From an uncultured Verrucomicrobiae bacterium (lineage in GTDB: Bacteria > Verrucomicrobiota > Verrucomicrobiia > Chthoniobacterales > JAFAMB01), in assembly GCA_963762565.1 (NCBI GenBank), contig CAVXLD010000001.1:992001-1056000 (forward strand): a stretch of 64,000 nt of DNA, given 5' to 3'. The notes under the pieces are model-generated. The model made no database searches. It was not told where the DNA came from and saw nothing but the letters and a program-made list of their open reading frames with translations. Positions 29,387-39,037 of this stretch are shown piece by piece. Position numbers and translations under genes: made by a program. Within the stretch, counting starts at the first letter, position 1, and every line of letters begins with the position of its first letter.

Positions 29387-30586
29387 TCACGCATACGAGC
29401 TCTCGCCGCGAATACCCAAAGCAATCCTGCGCTCTTTCCGCTCCTCTGCAGTCCGTGCGGCATACCCGCTTTCGCGAAATGCTCGCAGTGGGTCCCCTGA
29501 TAAACCACAGCTCTTCCGCCATTCAACCAGCGCAGGCCGAACATCGGTGAAAAACGCCTCACGCAAACATTCCTCAGCATCGATTTCAGAATTGGTTTCC
29601 TGATACTCGGCCAGCTCTGAGTGCCGCACCAGTGCGGCTTTGGCATACAACTCTTGGGCAGTGCAGACGGTCTGGATCGTCGCTTCGATCTTCGGTTTGT
29701 CGTTGTGCGATTGATCGATCATGTAGGCAATTTCGGGTCTGCGACCTGTTTCCCAGCCATAGAATAAGATCTCATTGAAGATGCGGAAAATCTGATACGG
29801 ATCGATCGACCCAAGAGTGAGATCGTCATCCGCGTAACGGCGATCATTAAAATGGAACCCGCCGAGCATCTCTTCATCCAACAGCCAAGCCACGATTTGC
29901 TCGATGTTTTGCGCCTGGTAATGGTGACCCGTATCGACTAACACTTTCGCTTTTGGTCCAACAGCTTTGGACACAATGTAAGCCATCCCCCAATCGGCCA
30001 GATCGGTATGATAGAACGTCGGTTCGAACGGCTTGTATTCGACCAACATGACTTGGTCTGAGTCCATCTCGGCGGCAACTTCCTGCAGCGATTCCGTGAT
30101 CGCCTTCTTCCGCCACCGAATATTTGCTTGTCCTGGATAATTCGACCCATCCGCAAACCAAAGAGACAAGTAACGGCTGGAAAGTTGTTTCGCGATCTTA
30201 ACGCTGTCCAGGATGTGAGCTCGGGCCGCCTTTCGGGCGTTCGCGTCCCGGTTGCATAGGGAACCATACTTATAGATCTGGTCCTGGAAGACGTTGGGGT
30301 TAACTGAACCCAGCTTCAGTCCCATCTTTTCTGCTGACCGTTTTACGCTGAGCGGATCTTGCGCGTCTTTAAAATCCCAAAGCACATGGACCGCCATGGT
30401 CGGGCAGCAACCGGTCACTTGGTGCACTTGGGCCGCATCAGAAATCTTGTCGTTGATATCGATCGCAGCGCCATCCTGAAGAAATTTACCGAAGCGTGTC
30501 CCAGTATCAGCAAACCCCCAGCTCGGAGTCTCAATCTGAAATTCGTTTAGAGCCGCCAGGACTTTATCAATTAGTTCGGAGTTCAT
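29387..30586 (-). CDS. rhaI: L-rhamnose isomerase (RhaI type)
   Basis: ETPSWGF..TGTRF, WFADGSNYPGQ, EYKPFEP, DTGHH, FHFNDR; rhamnose operon context. Confidence 0.9.
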   Translation of the reverse strand: MNSELIDKVLAALNEFQIETPSWGFADTGTRFGKFLQDGAAIDINDKISDAAQVHQVTGCCPTMAVHVLWDFKDAQDPLSVKRSAEKMGLKLGSVNPNVFQDQIYKYGSLCNRDANARKAARAHILDSVKIAKQLSSRYLSLWFADGSNYPGQANIRWRKKAITESLQEVAAEMDSDQVMLVEYKPFEPTFYHTDLADWGMAYIVSKAVGPKAKVLVDTGHHYQAQNIEQIVAWLLDEEMLGGFHFNDRRYADDDLTLGSIDPYQIFRIFNEILFYGWETGRRPEIAYMIDQSHNDKPKIEATIQTVCTAQELYAKAALVRHSELAEYQETNSEIDAEECLREAFFTDVRPALVEWRKSCGLSGDPLRAFRESGYAARTAEERKERRIALGIRGESSYA

Positions 30587-30653
30587 TCTGTTTTGGGGGT
30601 TACCAAGTCAATTCGTCACGCTGGTTTGCGAGTAATTTGCTATCTGCTATTTG

Positions 30654-31418
30654 CTATTTGCTATTTTGGACGAGCCTCAGCGAGTCACCCCCGCCTCCCA
30701 CCAAAATAACGGTCAACTTCCTCGGCCCATGCGCTCCTAAAACCAAGACCCTTTCGATATCTCCCGTCCGGCTGGGCCCGGTGATGAAAGTCATAAAGCT
30801 CGGAAAGTTTGGCGCATACTTCCGCTCCAGGAACTCAAAGGCGGCCGGCAAATCCGGCACCAACTGTCCAGCCGTCGCGATGACCACGTGATGAACAGGC
30901 AGTACCGATAACGCTCTCCCACCGCCGCTCTTCGCGGTCAACAACACACTTCCAGTTTGGGCAATCAATGCGTCACAACTGGTAATACCCGCCGAAACTT
31001 TCTCGAGATCGGTTTTCGCCGTCGATTGGCTCACTTCGAGTTTCCGAATCGAAAGATTTCTTAGGAGTGTTTGGGCTTCACTATCAACGGGGAAAGCAAT
31101 CGACTCCCATCCTTCGCGATCAGATAACTGCTGAAGTTGCGCACTTGCGGCCGCTTGATCTCGGCACGCTAAAAATTCGGTTTTCAACGTCTCGCTTCGT
31201 TCAGCAAATAGAGCCACTTGGCCGGCGAAATCATCGGGCACCTTCGGTAGAAGATGGCGAAAACCGCTCGATTGATCCGCCGCCGCTTCGCTATGGCGCG
31301 ACAGGTCCGGCGCCGCTTCGCTTAAGGGCGACGCATGACCAGAACTGCCGCCTCGCAAGGCCTCACGCACCCGGGCCAGAATGGAATCACGAGCGTTCAC
31401 GAAGTCCGTTGTTTCCAA
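30654..31418 (-). CDS. lutC: Lactate utilization protein C (LUD domain)
   Basis: IAQTGS, LPVHH, ITGPSRTGDIE..LVLGAHGP. Confidence 0.9.
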   Translation of the reverse strand: METTDFVNARDSILARVREALRGGSSGHASPLSEAAPDLSRHSEAAADQSSGFRHLLPKVPDDFAGQVALFAERSETLKTEFLACRDQAAASAQLQQLSDREGWESIAFPVDSEAQTLLRNLSIRKLEVSQSTAKTDLEKVSAGITSCDALIAQTGSVLLTAKSGGGRALSVLPVHHVVIATAGQLVPDLPAAFEFLERKYAPNFPSFMTFITGPSRTGDIERVLVLGAHGPRKLTVILVGGGGDSLRLVQNSK

Positions 31419-32794
31419 AGATCACGAAACGATTTTCTAGCGAACGAAGGTAATTCGCGGCTTTTGGTCCAAGACCAAGCCGGATCGGCTGCAGTTGCGT
31501 TAAACAAACGCTGTAGAGGCGCGAGACCTTTCATGACTTCGGTGGCGTACCCAAATAGACGCGGCCGATTAACCACAAAAGCAAAAGCCTTAAAACCAAG
31601 CTGCTGAAAGGGCGAACTCTTCTCCGTCACAGCGTTTCGCCGATTTTGTAAAAGATGATGATGCAGATCGATCTTCACCGGACAAGTCTCAGTGCAAGCG
31701 CCGCACAGCGATGAAGCTTGCGACAGATGCTGCCACGATTGCAGTCCTCGCAAATGAGGGGTTATGACTGAACCGATGGGACCTTGATAAGTGGTGCCAT
31801 AAGCATGTCCGCCAACATTTCGGAAAATTGGGCAGACATTCAGACAAGCCCCGCACCGGATACACCGTAAGGCGTCTCGCTGCTCGGCGTCGGCCAGTAG
31901 CCGAGTCCTACCGTTATCCAGCAGCACAACGTGCATTTCTTCCGGACCGTCAATCTCGTCAGCGCTGCGCGGCCCTCCGATTAGCGAGTTATAGCAAGTG
32001 AGCTGCTGTCCGGTTCCAGCCGTAGCTAACATCGGTAAGAAAAGCGCCAAATCCGCCAATCGCGGCAAGATTTTTTCAATGCCGATCAAAACCACATGCG
32101 TCTTCGGCAGGGCAGAAGTCAGCCGCGCATTCCCTTCGTTCTCGGTGATCGAAATCATTCCTGTCTCGGCCACCGCAAAGTTCGCGCCCGTAATGCCCAT
32201 GTCCGCCGTCACATATTCCTGGCGCAGCGCTTTCCGCGCGGTCATGGTCAGCGCTTCCGGGTCAGAAGTTGGCTCCGCTCCTAGCTTCTGTTGAAACAGG
32301 TCGCTAATCTGTCCTCGGGTCAAGTGCATCGCCGGAAACACGATGTGATAAGGGGGTTCCTGCCGCAGCTGCACTATAAATTCGCCCAGGTCAGATTCTA
32401 CGACTTGGAACCCGGCCTTCTCCAGTGCCTCGTTCAAGTGAATTTCCTCGGACACCATCGTCTTGGATTTGACGATGGCTCTGACTTGCTTGGCTCGTGC
32501 TAAATCCAGGACGTAAGCCCTTGCCTCAGTCGCATCGTTAGCCCAAAAAACCTTGGCGCCACGGGCAATGAGTTTTTCTTCAAATTGCGCCAGGTACTCA
32601 TCCAGATGGCGAATGGCTTCATCTTTAGTTGCCGCTGCCTGCCCCCGGGCCGACTCCCAGTCCTGAAACCGGCCGGCATTGGCGCTGCGCGTCGTTTGGT
32701 ATCCGGCGAGCGACTGCTGCACCATTTGGCGATGCCCGAGATCCGCCACCATGTGGGTCGCATCAGTATTAAATTGTGAAGCAGGAGAGGGCAT
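31397..32794 (-). CDS. lutB: Lactate utilization Fe-S protein B
   Basis: KSKTMVSEE, DLGEFIVQL, ENEGN, CIRCGAC..CP, CGAC..CPVKI. Confidence 0.93.
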   Translation of the reverse strand: MPSPASQFNTDATHMVADLGHRQMVQQSLAGYQTTRSANAGRFQDWESARGQAAATKDEAIRHLDEYLAQFEEKLIARGAKVFWANDATEARAYVLDLARAKQVRAIVKSKTMVSEEIHLNEALEKAGFQVVESDLGEFIVQLRQEPPYHIVFPAMHLTRGQISDLFQQKLGAEPTSDPEALTMTARKALRQEYVTADMGITGANFAVAETGMISITENEGNARLTSALPKTHVVLIGIEKILPRLADLALFLPMLATAGTGQQLTCYNSLIGGPRSADEIDGPEEMHVVLLDNGRTRLLADAEQRDALRCIRCGACLNVCPIFRNVGGHAYGTTYQGPIGSVITPHLRGLQSWQHLSQASSLCGACTETCPVKIDLHHHLLQNRRNAVTEKSSPFQQLGFKAFAFVVNRPRLFGYATEVMKGLAPLQRLFNATAADPAWSWTKSRELPSFARKSFRDLWKQRTS

Positions 32795-32808
32795 TACGAA
32801 GCGTGATT

Positions 32809-32976
32809 AGTGAGAGGTGAGACGTGAGAAGTGAGAGGTTGTCGAAGCCCCTGATCGGGAGGGCGCGCGTCCCCGCGCGCCGCGGTTGGGTCGACGACTA
32901 TTGATGTACTCAAACGCTCGACCGAAGCACCCGTTGGGCTTCGATAACAAAGGATCGCGAGGACGCGATCCCTCCC
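32809..32976. repeat. GTGAGAG/A heptamers plus a family C palindrome between lutA and lutB
   Basis: AGTGAGAGGTGAGACGTGAGAAGTGAGAG, then GGGAGGGCGCGCGTCCCCGCGCGCCG versus CGCGAGGACGCGATCCCTCCC. Confidence 0.75.
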
Positions 32977-33131
32977 GGCGCCGGGTGATGGAGCTGCCTA
33001 TAGTTGTCAGCATAGCCTTTGCACCTAATGCGTTTTTATTCAAACAGCGGGACGGTCCGGCGTAGCCGGAATGTTCCGCTGTCGTAGCCTGCATTGTTAG
33101 AAAATGTATGATCATTTTCGTGCAATGCAGG

Positions 33132-33851
33132 CTAATGAAAATTAGCTAACACCTCAGCCAAGTGAAGCGTCTTCATTTTTGCGCCTGAACGTTTCAGCAA
33201 CCCTTCCAGGTGCATCAGACAACTGGAATCATTCGAGATAAGGTATTCGGCTCCGGTCTTTGTCGCCAAACCGCATTTGGTTTCTCCCATGGCGGTGGAA
33301 ATCATAGGAAACTTAACCGCGAAAAGGCCGCCAAAGCCGCAGCAGGCTGTGGTGTCTTCCATCTCGATCAGGGTAAGGTCCTTTACCTGCCGCAACAACG
33401 TTCGCGGCTGGGTGCGCACCCCGAGCTCACGCATTCCATGACAACCGTCATGAAACGTTGCTGAAGCCTGGAACCGGCTGCCTAGGTCGGTAACTCCAAG
33501 TTTATCCACCAAAAATTCGGAAAACTCGAAGACTCGTAAAGCAAGCTGATTCACCGTCTCTTCTTGTTTACTGCCGGCGAACATCTCCCGATAGAAAACT
33601 CTGATCATGGTCGCGCATGAACCGGAAGGCACGACCACAAGCTCCTTATCAGACAACCGCTCGATGACTTTGGCGGCCACCTCCTTGGCTGCCGGCCAGA
33701 AACCCGCGTTAAACGCAGGTTGCCCGCAACAAACGAGGTGGGGATCAAAATCGACTTCGTGACCCAGGTGCTCGAATACTCGTACAACGCTCAGACCAAC
33801 TTGGGGGTAAAACAGGTCGATATAGCAAGGTATGAACAGAGAGATTTTCAC
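33132..33851 (-). CDS. lutA: Lactate utilization protein A (CCG domains)
   Basis: FIPCYID, CCGQP, SGSCA, HDGCH, CCGFGG, SCLMHL. Confidence 0.93.
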   Translation of the reverse strand: MKISLFIPCYIDLFYPQVGLSVVRVFEHLGHEVDFDPHLVCCGQPAFNAGFWPAAKEVAAKVIERLSDKELVVVPSGSCATMIRVFYREMFAGSKQEETVNQLALRVFEFSEFLVDKLGVTDLGSRFQASATFHDGCHGMRELGVRTQPRTLLRQVKDLTLIEMEDTTACCGFGGLFAVKFPMISTAMGETKCGLATKTGAEYLISNDSSCLMHLEGLLKRSGAKMKTLHLAEVLANFH

Positions 33852-36025
33852 CGAAGAAACGCTTCTGCCAGACCTCCGTCAACGGCGATAATCTGTCCAG
33901 TCGTCTTGGCTAACCGGCCAGATAGCAAAAGAAAATAGGCTTCCGCTTGGTCCTTCGGCAAGATCGGCTCCTTCAACAAACTGCGTTCGGCATAGAAGCG
34001 TGACAACTTATTCACTAAAGAATCAGTCGGCTCATCTTCAGAGAACGGTACCTGATACTTGGACAACGAAGAGATGACGCGGTCCCGAGGGAACATCGTG
34101 CTGCCCTGTACAACGGTAGCCGGTGCGACCGCATTGACCCGACCGAGCGGCGCCAATTCAATCGCTAACTCCCTCACCAAATGGTTCAAAGCCGACTTAC
34201 TAACGTCATAAGCGAAACTGCCTTTCTTAGCCACGACAGCGTTCGCACTGGAAGTCAATACAACGGAGCCAGCCAGCTTTTGCTCCCGCAAGATCTTGCC
34301 AAATTCATCCGCTATCACATAGGAGCCGGTTACATTCACATCGAGCGTAAACCGGAATTTCTCATCCGGGATACGGCCTGCATTGTCGGGCGGTACGAAA
34401 ACTCCGGCCGTCACCACCAAATCATCAACTCCCCCGTATGCGAGCACCGATTGCTTAAGAAGATTGCGCGCCTTGTCCCGGCTCGTGATATCCGCTGCTA
34501 ACCCGACTGCCGGACCGCATCGCGAGATGCCGGAGCCGGCTACACCGATCCCCTCCCCTAGCTTTGTGGTGATCTCGCCGGCTGTCTGAGCGGCGGCTTC
34601 CGCTGAAAGGTCAGCCGAAACCACTTGAGCGCCCTCACCCGAAACTCGATGAGCTAACTCTTTTCCAATCCCGCTGCCCGCTCCAACCACTAGCACTATG
34701 TGGCGCGCCAATTCTTTCTCCGGCGGCATCCGGCGCAGTTTGGCCTCCTCCAGTTGCCAGTACTCGATATCGAACGCTTCCTGGACCGGCAAAGCGATGT
34801 ACGAACTGATCGCTTCAGCGCCGCGCATAACTTCGATGGCGCAGTTGTAGAATTCCGCTGTTACCCGGGACTCACTTTTGTCTTTGCCCCAGGCGATCAG
34901 GCCAAGCCCGGGAATCAGCACTACGGTCGGATTAGGGTCTCGAATCGGCGGTGAATCCGGCCGTTTGCACTCCCGATAATACCTCTCGTAAAGACCCCGG
35001 TAGGTTCCCAGCCCCAGCTCCAGCAAAGATCTCAGCCGTTCGACATCCTTCGACGAGGGATCCCACTCCACATAAAGGGGTTGGATCTTCGTCCGGAGAA
35101 AATGATCCGGACAGGAAGTCCCTAAAGCAGCTAACCGGCTAGCGTCGTGGCTATTGACGAAGCGGAGAACGTTGTCGTCGTACTGCAGCGTAGCTACCAA
35201 CCGCTTAGTCCGGCCGATTTGCCCGCGCAACCAAGGTAGCAAAGCAAAAAGGAGTTCTTCCCGGTCCACGTCCGAAACACCTGAATACTTCTGGCCGCCG
35301 AATGTGTTATCACCTTTGTCTTTGGACGCGATGTATTCCGCCGCCCTTTCGATCAGGTTCAGGGAGAGCTCGTAACATTCTTTTTCGTCATCAGCCCAAT
35401 TGATCAAACCGTGCTGCCCGAGAATCGCTCCTTTTGCTTTCGGATACTGCTGGCACATTGCTTGCAGTTTCAGCCCCAGATCGAACCCGGGTCGTTGCCA
35501 CGGCAACCAAAATACTTCTTCGCCGTAAATTTCTTGAGTCAGTTTTTTGCCGTCGCCCGCAGCGGCAACCGAGATGACTGCGTTCGGGTGGGTGTGATCG
35601 ACATGCCGGTAAGGGACAAACCCGTGCAACGGCGTATCGATCGAGGCGGCGCGCGGATTCAGATTGAAAGTGCAATGCGGATAAGCAGCAACCATCGAGT
35701 CTTCCACGTCCGTCTTGAGCCCCCGGTTTGGAGAAGCCTCGTAGACCGAACGCAACCGTTCCAAGCCTCGCATATACAGGCTGGAGAAATTCTCCTTTTT
35801 TGAGGTTCGCAAATCACCACCGGACCCCTTGACCCAGAGCACTTCAACCTTTTCACCGGTCAACGGATCGGTCTGCTGCAACTTAGACGACGTATTTCCG
35901 CCGCCGGTGTTGGTGATTCGCTGATCTGAACCTAAAAGGTTTGACCGGTAAATCAGGCGTTCGACTGGATCCAGACCGGCGGCTTTGGCGTCATCCCACA
36001 GGTAGTCAACAAAACGTGTCTTCAT
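33848..36025 (-). CDS. rhaEW: Bifunctional rhamnulose-1-phosphate aldolase / short-chain (lactaldehyde) dehydrogenase
   Basis: GGGNTSSK, SIDTPLH, DHTHP, CPDHFLRTK, EYW.LEEAKL, then SDR motifs GAGSGIG and YDVSK. Confidence 0.93.
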   Translation of the reverse strand: MKTRFVDYLWDDAKAAGLDPVERLIYRSNLLGSDQRITNTGGGNTSSKLQQTDPLTGEKVEVLWVKGSGGDLRTSKKENFSSLYMRGLERLRSVYEASPNRGLKTDVEDSMVAAYPHCTFNLNPRAASIDTPLHGFVPYRHVDHTHPNAVISVAAAGDGKKLTQEIYGEEVFWLPWQRPGFDLGLKLQAMCQQYPKAKGAILGQHGLINWADDEKECYELSLNLIERAAEYIASKDKGDNTFGGQKYSGVSDVDREELLFALLPWLRGQIGRTKRLVATLQYDDNVLRFVNSHDASRLAALGTSCPDHFLRTKIQPLYVEWDPSSKDVERLRSLLELGLGTYRGLYERYYRECKRPDSPPIRDPNPTVVLIPGLGLIAWGKDKSESRVTAEFYNCAIEVMRGAEAISSYIALPVQEAFDIEYWQLEEAKLRRMPPEKELARHIVLVVGAGSGIGKELAHRVSGEGAQVVSADLSAEAAAQTAGEITTKLGEGIGVAGSGISRCGPAVGLAADITSRDKARNLLKQSVLAYGGVDDLVVTAGVFVPPDNAGRIPDEKFRFTLDVNVTGSYVIADEFGKILREQKLAGSVVLTSSANAVVAKKGSFAYDVSKSALNHLVRELAIELAPLGRVNAVAPATVVQGSTMFPRDRVISSLSKYQVPFSEDEPTDSLVNKLSRFYAERSLLKEPILPKDQAEAYFLLLSGRLAKTTGQIIAVDGGLAEAFLR

Positions 36026-37497
36026 TTAGTTAAATTTTCGTATCTTTGCAGCGCTTCAGCCCAAGGCGCGGCATCCTCAGGCTCGAACTCCTCGATGGTG
36101 TAGGAGTTTCGAATGACCTCTCGTAAATCTTCCAATGACCCGAGTTCGCCGGAGGCTACGGCTTGGATCAAAATATTGCCCAGTGCTGTCGCTTCCACCG
36201 GCCCGGCCGCAACCAGCATACCTGACGCACTGGCAGTCAAACGGTTCAAGAGACGGTTCTGGCTGCCTCCTCCGACGACGTGCAACACCTTGATCTCAAT
36301 CCCCAACATCTCCTTTAGCTGGGCGAGCTGAGAGGCGTAGCTCAAGGCTAAGCTCTCCAGAATACAGCGGGCCAACGCCCCCGGTGTCTCCGGAACCGGT
36401 TGGCCGGTTCGCCGGCAAAAATTTTGCACCTTTTCAATCATGTTGCCCGGCTTCAGAAATTCCGATTCGTTCGGGTGAATCACTGAGACCAAAGCCGGAG
36501 CGTCTTCCGCTTGTCGGACCAGAGCCGGATAATCAATATCGGCGCCGTTCTGCACCATTTCCCGGCGCGTTTCCTGCAAGATCCAAAGTCCAAGGATATT
36601 TCTGAGAAACCGAACCGTTCGCCCGAAACCGAGCTCGTTAGTGTAGTTCTTCAAAAGGCACGCTTCGCCAAGAAACGGTTTGTCGAGTTCGACACCGAGC
36701 AAAGACCAGGTGCCGGAGCTGAGATAAGCCCAGTTATCTCCCTTTGCCGGGACGGCAGCAACCGCAGCTCCGGTATCGTGCGAACACGTCGCAAAAATTG
36801 GGAATGATTTGAGGTTAAGTCGTCCGGCCAACTCCGTGCTCAAACTGCCAATCCGGGTTCCGGAATCCACTACTGGCGCAAAAACTCGCTCCGGCAGCCC
36901 CAAAAGTTGGATCAGACGAGCGGACCACCTGCCCTCCACCGGACTGAAAATCTGGGTCGTGCTGGCGTAGCTTCTTTCTACAAAGGGTTGCTGGCACAAA
37001 AGAAAATGGACGTAGTCCGCGATGCCCAGGAAGTGTTTAGCGATTTCGACTAAGGGCTTTCGATTGAGCGCGTCATCATACAGTTGGTACAACGTGTTGA
37101 TCTGCATGAACTGGACACCGGTCTCATTAAACACCAGTTCTTTGCCGGCCAGCTTCACGAAGCCAGGGAACGTTGTATCCGTCCGGGCATCCCGATAATG
37201 AAAGGGCAGGCCAAGCAGAGGCTCTTTCTCTGAGAAATAGGCGTAATCGACGCCCCAGGCATCAACACTTAGGCCGGCAATGTCTCGAGTCTTCTTTCCG
37301 ACGGCGTTCAAACCGTTCTGGATTTCGTCGTAGAACTTCAATAGATCCCACCGGAGGGATCCATTCACGACGGTTGGGCCGGTAGGAAATCGATGGCATT
37401 CTTCGAGTCGAACTTTGCCATCCGCCAGCGATCCAAGCACGACTCGGCCGCTTTCGGCTCCGAGGTCGCAAGCGACATAGTTCTTCGCACTGCTCAT
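36022..37497 (-). CDS. rhaB: Rhamnulokinase
   Basis: DLGAESGR, DAWGVDY, HYRD.RT, INTLYQL, SHDTGAA, SSGTWSL, VGGGSQN. Confidence 0.93.
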   Translation of the reverse strand: MSSAKNYVACDLGAESGRVVLGSLADGKVRLEECHRFPTGPTVVNGSLRWDLLKFYDEIQNGLNAVGKKTRDIAGLSVDAWGVDYAYFSEKEPLLGLPFHYRDARTDTTFPGFVKLAGKELVFNETGVQFMQINTLYQLYDDALNRKPLVEIAKHFLGIADYVHFLLCQQPFVERSYASTTQIFSPVEGRWSARLIQLLGLPERVFAPVVDSGTRIGSLSTELAGRLNLKSFPIFATCSHDTGAAVAAVPAKGDNWAYLSSGTWSLLGVELDKPFLGEACLLKNYTNELGFGRTVRFLRNILGLWILQETRREMVQNGADIDYPALVRQAEDAPALVSVIHPNESEFLKPGNMIEKVQNFCRRTGQPVPETPGALARCILESLALSYASQLAQLKEMLGIEIKVLHVVGGGSQNRLLNRLTASASGMLVAAGPVEATALGNILIQAVASGELGSLEDLREVIRNSYTIEEFEPEDAAPWAEALQRYENLTK

Positions 37498-37647
37498 AGG
37501 GGGGATCGGTCAGAGAGTTTCACGGCTTTAAAAGACGGTGACTCAACACGCGTACACTCATCAGCTGGAGCAGCCTTGCTTGCAAGCGACGGCTAGGCCA
37601 TCACTCGGCGGGCGGCAAGGCCACGTCGCGCTAGAGGCTGCACCAAA

Positions 37648-37803
37648 ATCGTGCTCGTGCACGTCCTCGTCCTCGTGCTCGACGGTAAGCGTTAAACCGA
37701 AGCTTCGCGCTTGTCTGTTGGACTCGTTGTCATGGGTGAACAGGTCCAGTCTGAGCTCGATTCCACACCAAATTCTCGAGCACGAGGACGAGCACGAGCA
37801 CGA
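37648..37803. repeat. Inverted hexamer (TCGTGC/TCGTCC) arms
   Basis: TCGTGCTCGTGCACGTCCTCGTCCTCGTGCTCGA versus TCGAGCACGAGGACGAGCACGAGCACGA. Confidence 0.8.
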
Positions 37804-37916
37804 AAAATCCTCGCGAAAATCCTCGATTTACTAAGGCAGTCCTACATCATGAAACTATTTATTATAACGTTATTATCTAAAGTTGTATACTATAGAACTT
37901 CTGTTACCCTCCACCT

Positions 37917-38375
37917 ATGGGTACGACCAACAATTCAAACCAGACGGCTTTCAGTCTCGGCGATAAGATAAAATCATTCATCGAACCGGCTCTAACCGAT
38001 CTCGGTTCAAAAATTCGGGGTTGGGGCTGGATCGTAGGCGCCTATGAATCAATTAAAGAGTGGTTCCAGGCCAGTTCCGACTATGAAAAGGCGGCCGATC
38101 CGAAGATAGGCGCGGGAGCACAACAGGAGTACAAGCTAGCCGGCGACGCGCACGGCAAGCTCGCGGGCCAGGAAGCACTCAGCACTGTCCTTGCTCAAAC
38201 GGGATTTCAACAAGCCTCCTGGGGAGTCGATCTGGCCGGTATAATCGACCGGGCGATGGATAATCCTGCGGAACACGAGCAAAAAGCCCAGAAACTAACC
38301 TTCGATGATATCAGAAAGGACGCGGCAAAACAGATCATAACCAGTGTTCCTCTTGATCACCGCAACACGCCTTAA
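37917..38375 (+). CDS. Hypothetical protein (no family recognised)
   Basis: 152-aa ATG ORF after an AT-rich promoter-like stretch (37845-37900). Confidence 0.6.
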   Translation: MGTTNNSNQTAFSLGDKIKSFIEPALTDLGSKIRGWGWIVGAYESIKEWFQASSDYEKAADPKIGAGAQQEYKLAGDAHGKLAGQEALSTVLAQTGFQQASWGVDLAGIIDRAMDNPAEHEQKAQKLTFDDIRKDAAKQIITSVPLDHRNTP

Positions 38376-38384
38376 AACATCTCC

Positions 38385-38693
38385 TTAATGGTCTCGCTCG
38401 CGTAGTTCATCCGCGCGTAACTGCCTCTCGCCTCGCATCACATGCAGAATCAAGACCCGTTTGCCGTCGTACCGATAGAAAACTCGGCATGGAGCTTCCA
38501 CGATCTGCCGATAGCGCGAGCCGCGCAGCTCTGACGGGACCGAACCGCTTTCGGGATATCGTTCCAATTGGTCGACGTGCTCGAATATTCGTTGGACTAG
38601 CTGGCTAGCAGCTGCCGGGTTATCAAAAGCAATATAATCCGCGATCGCATCCAAGTCGCTAAGCGCCGGCTCAGTCCAAACTACTTTAGCCAT
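38385..38693 (-). CDS. Type II toxin, RelE/ParE family
   Basis: VVWTEPALSDLDAIADYIAFDNPAAA, YPESG, CRVFYR, ILHVMRG. Confidence 0.92.
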   Translation of the reverse strand: MAKVVWTEPALSDLDAIADYIAFDNPAAASQLVQRIFEHVDQLERYPESGSVPSELRGSRYRQIVEAPCRVFYRYDGKRVLILHVMRGERQLRADELRERDH

Positions 38694-38938
38694 CGAGCCA
38701 TTCGCCGCTTCGCCTCCGCATTTGAGACGGTCCGCCCCTCTTCAACAGCTCGCTCACCGCGTGCAATGCCACGGAGTATCCGCAGTTGATTTTGAAGCTC
38801 GTCGTACGTCTCAACGTCGACCAAATACGCAGCAGGCCGACCGTGCTGGGTGATTAAAATAGGCGCTTTTTCATTCGAAAGTTCGGCCAGAATCTCGGTC
38901 GCCTTCCGTTTGAGAGTCGTGACGAGCTCGACGCGCAC
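38681..38938 (-). CDS. Type II antitoxin, Phd/YefM family
   Basis: VTTLKRKATEIL, PILITQHGRPAAYLV; overlaps the toxin start. Confidence 0.92.
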   Translation of the reverse strand: MRVELVTTLKRKATEILAELSNEKAPILITQHGRPAAYLVDVETYDELQNQLRILRGIARGERAVEEGRTVSNAEAKRRMARWLK

Positions 38939-38940
38939 AG

Positions 38941-38960
38941 AGTGATACTAAAGTGATACT
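38941..38960. promoter_or_regulatory. Probable TA autoregulatory operator
   Basis: Tandem AGTGATACT-AA-AGTGATACT immediately upstream of the antitoxin start. Confidence 0.55.
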
Positions 38961-39037
38961 TTTTCCAGAAGCAAATTGTAAATCTATAAAGATTCGGCTC
39001 CTACGGGCACGGATCCGGCGTGCCGCATTTCCGATTG

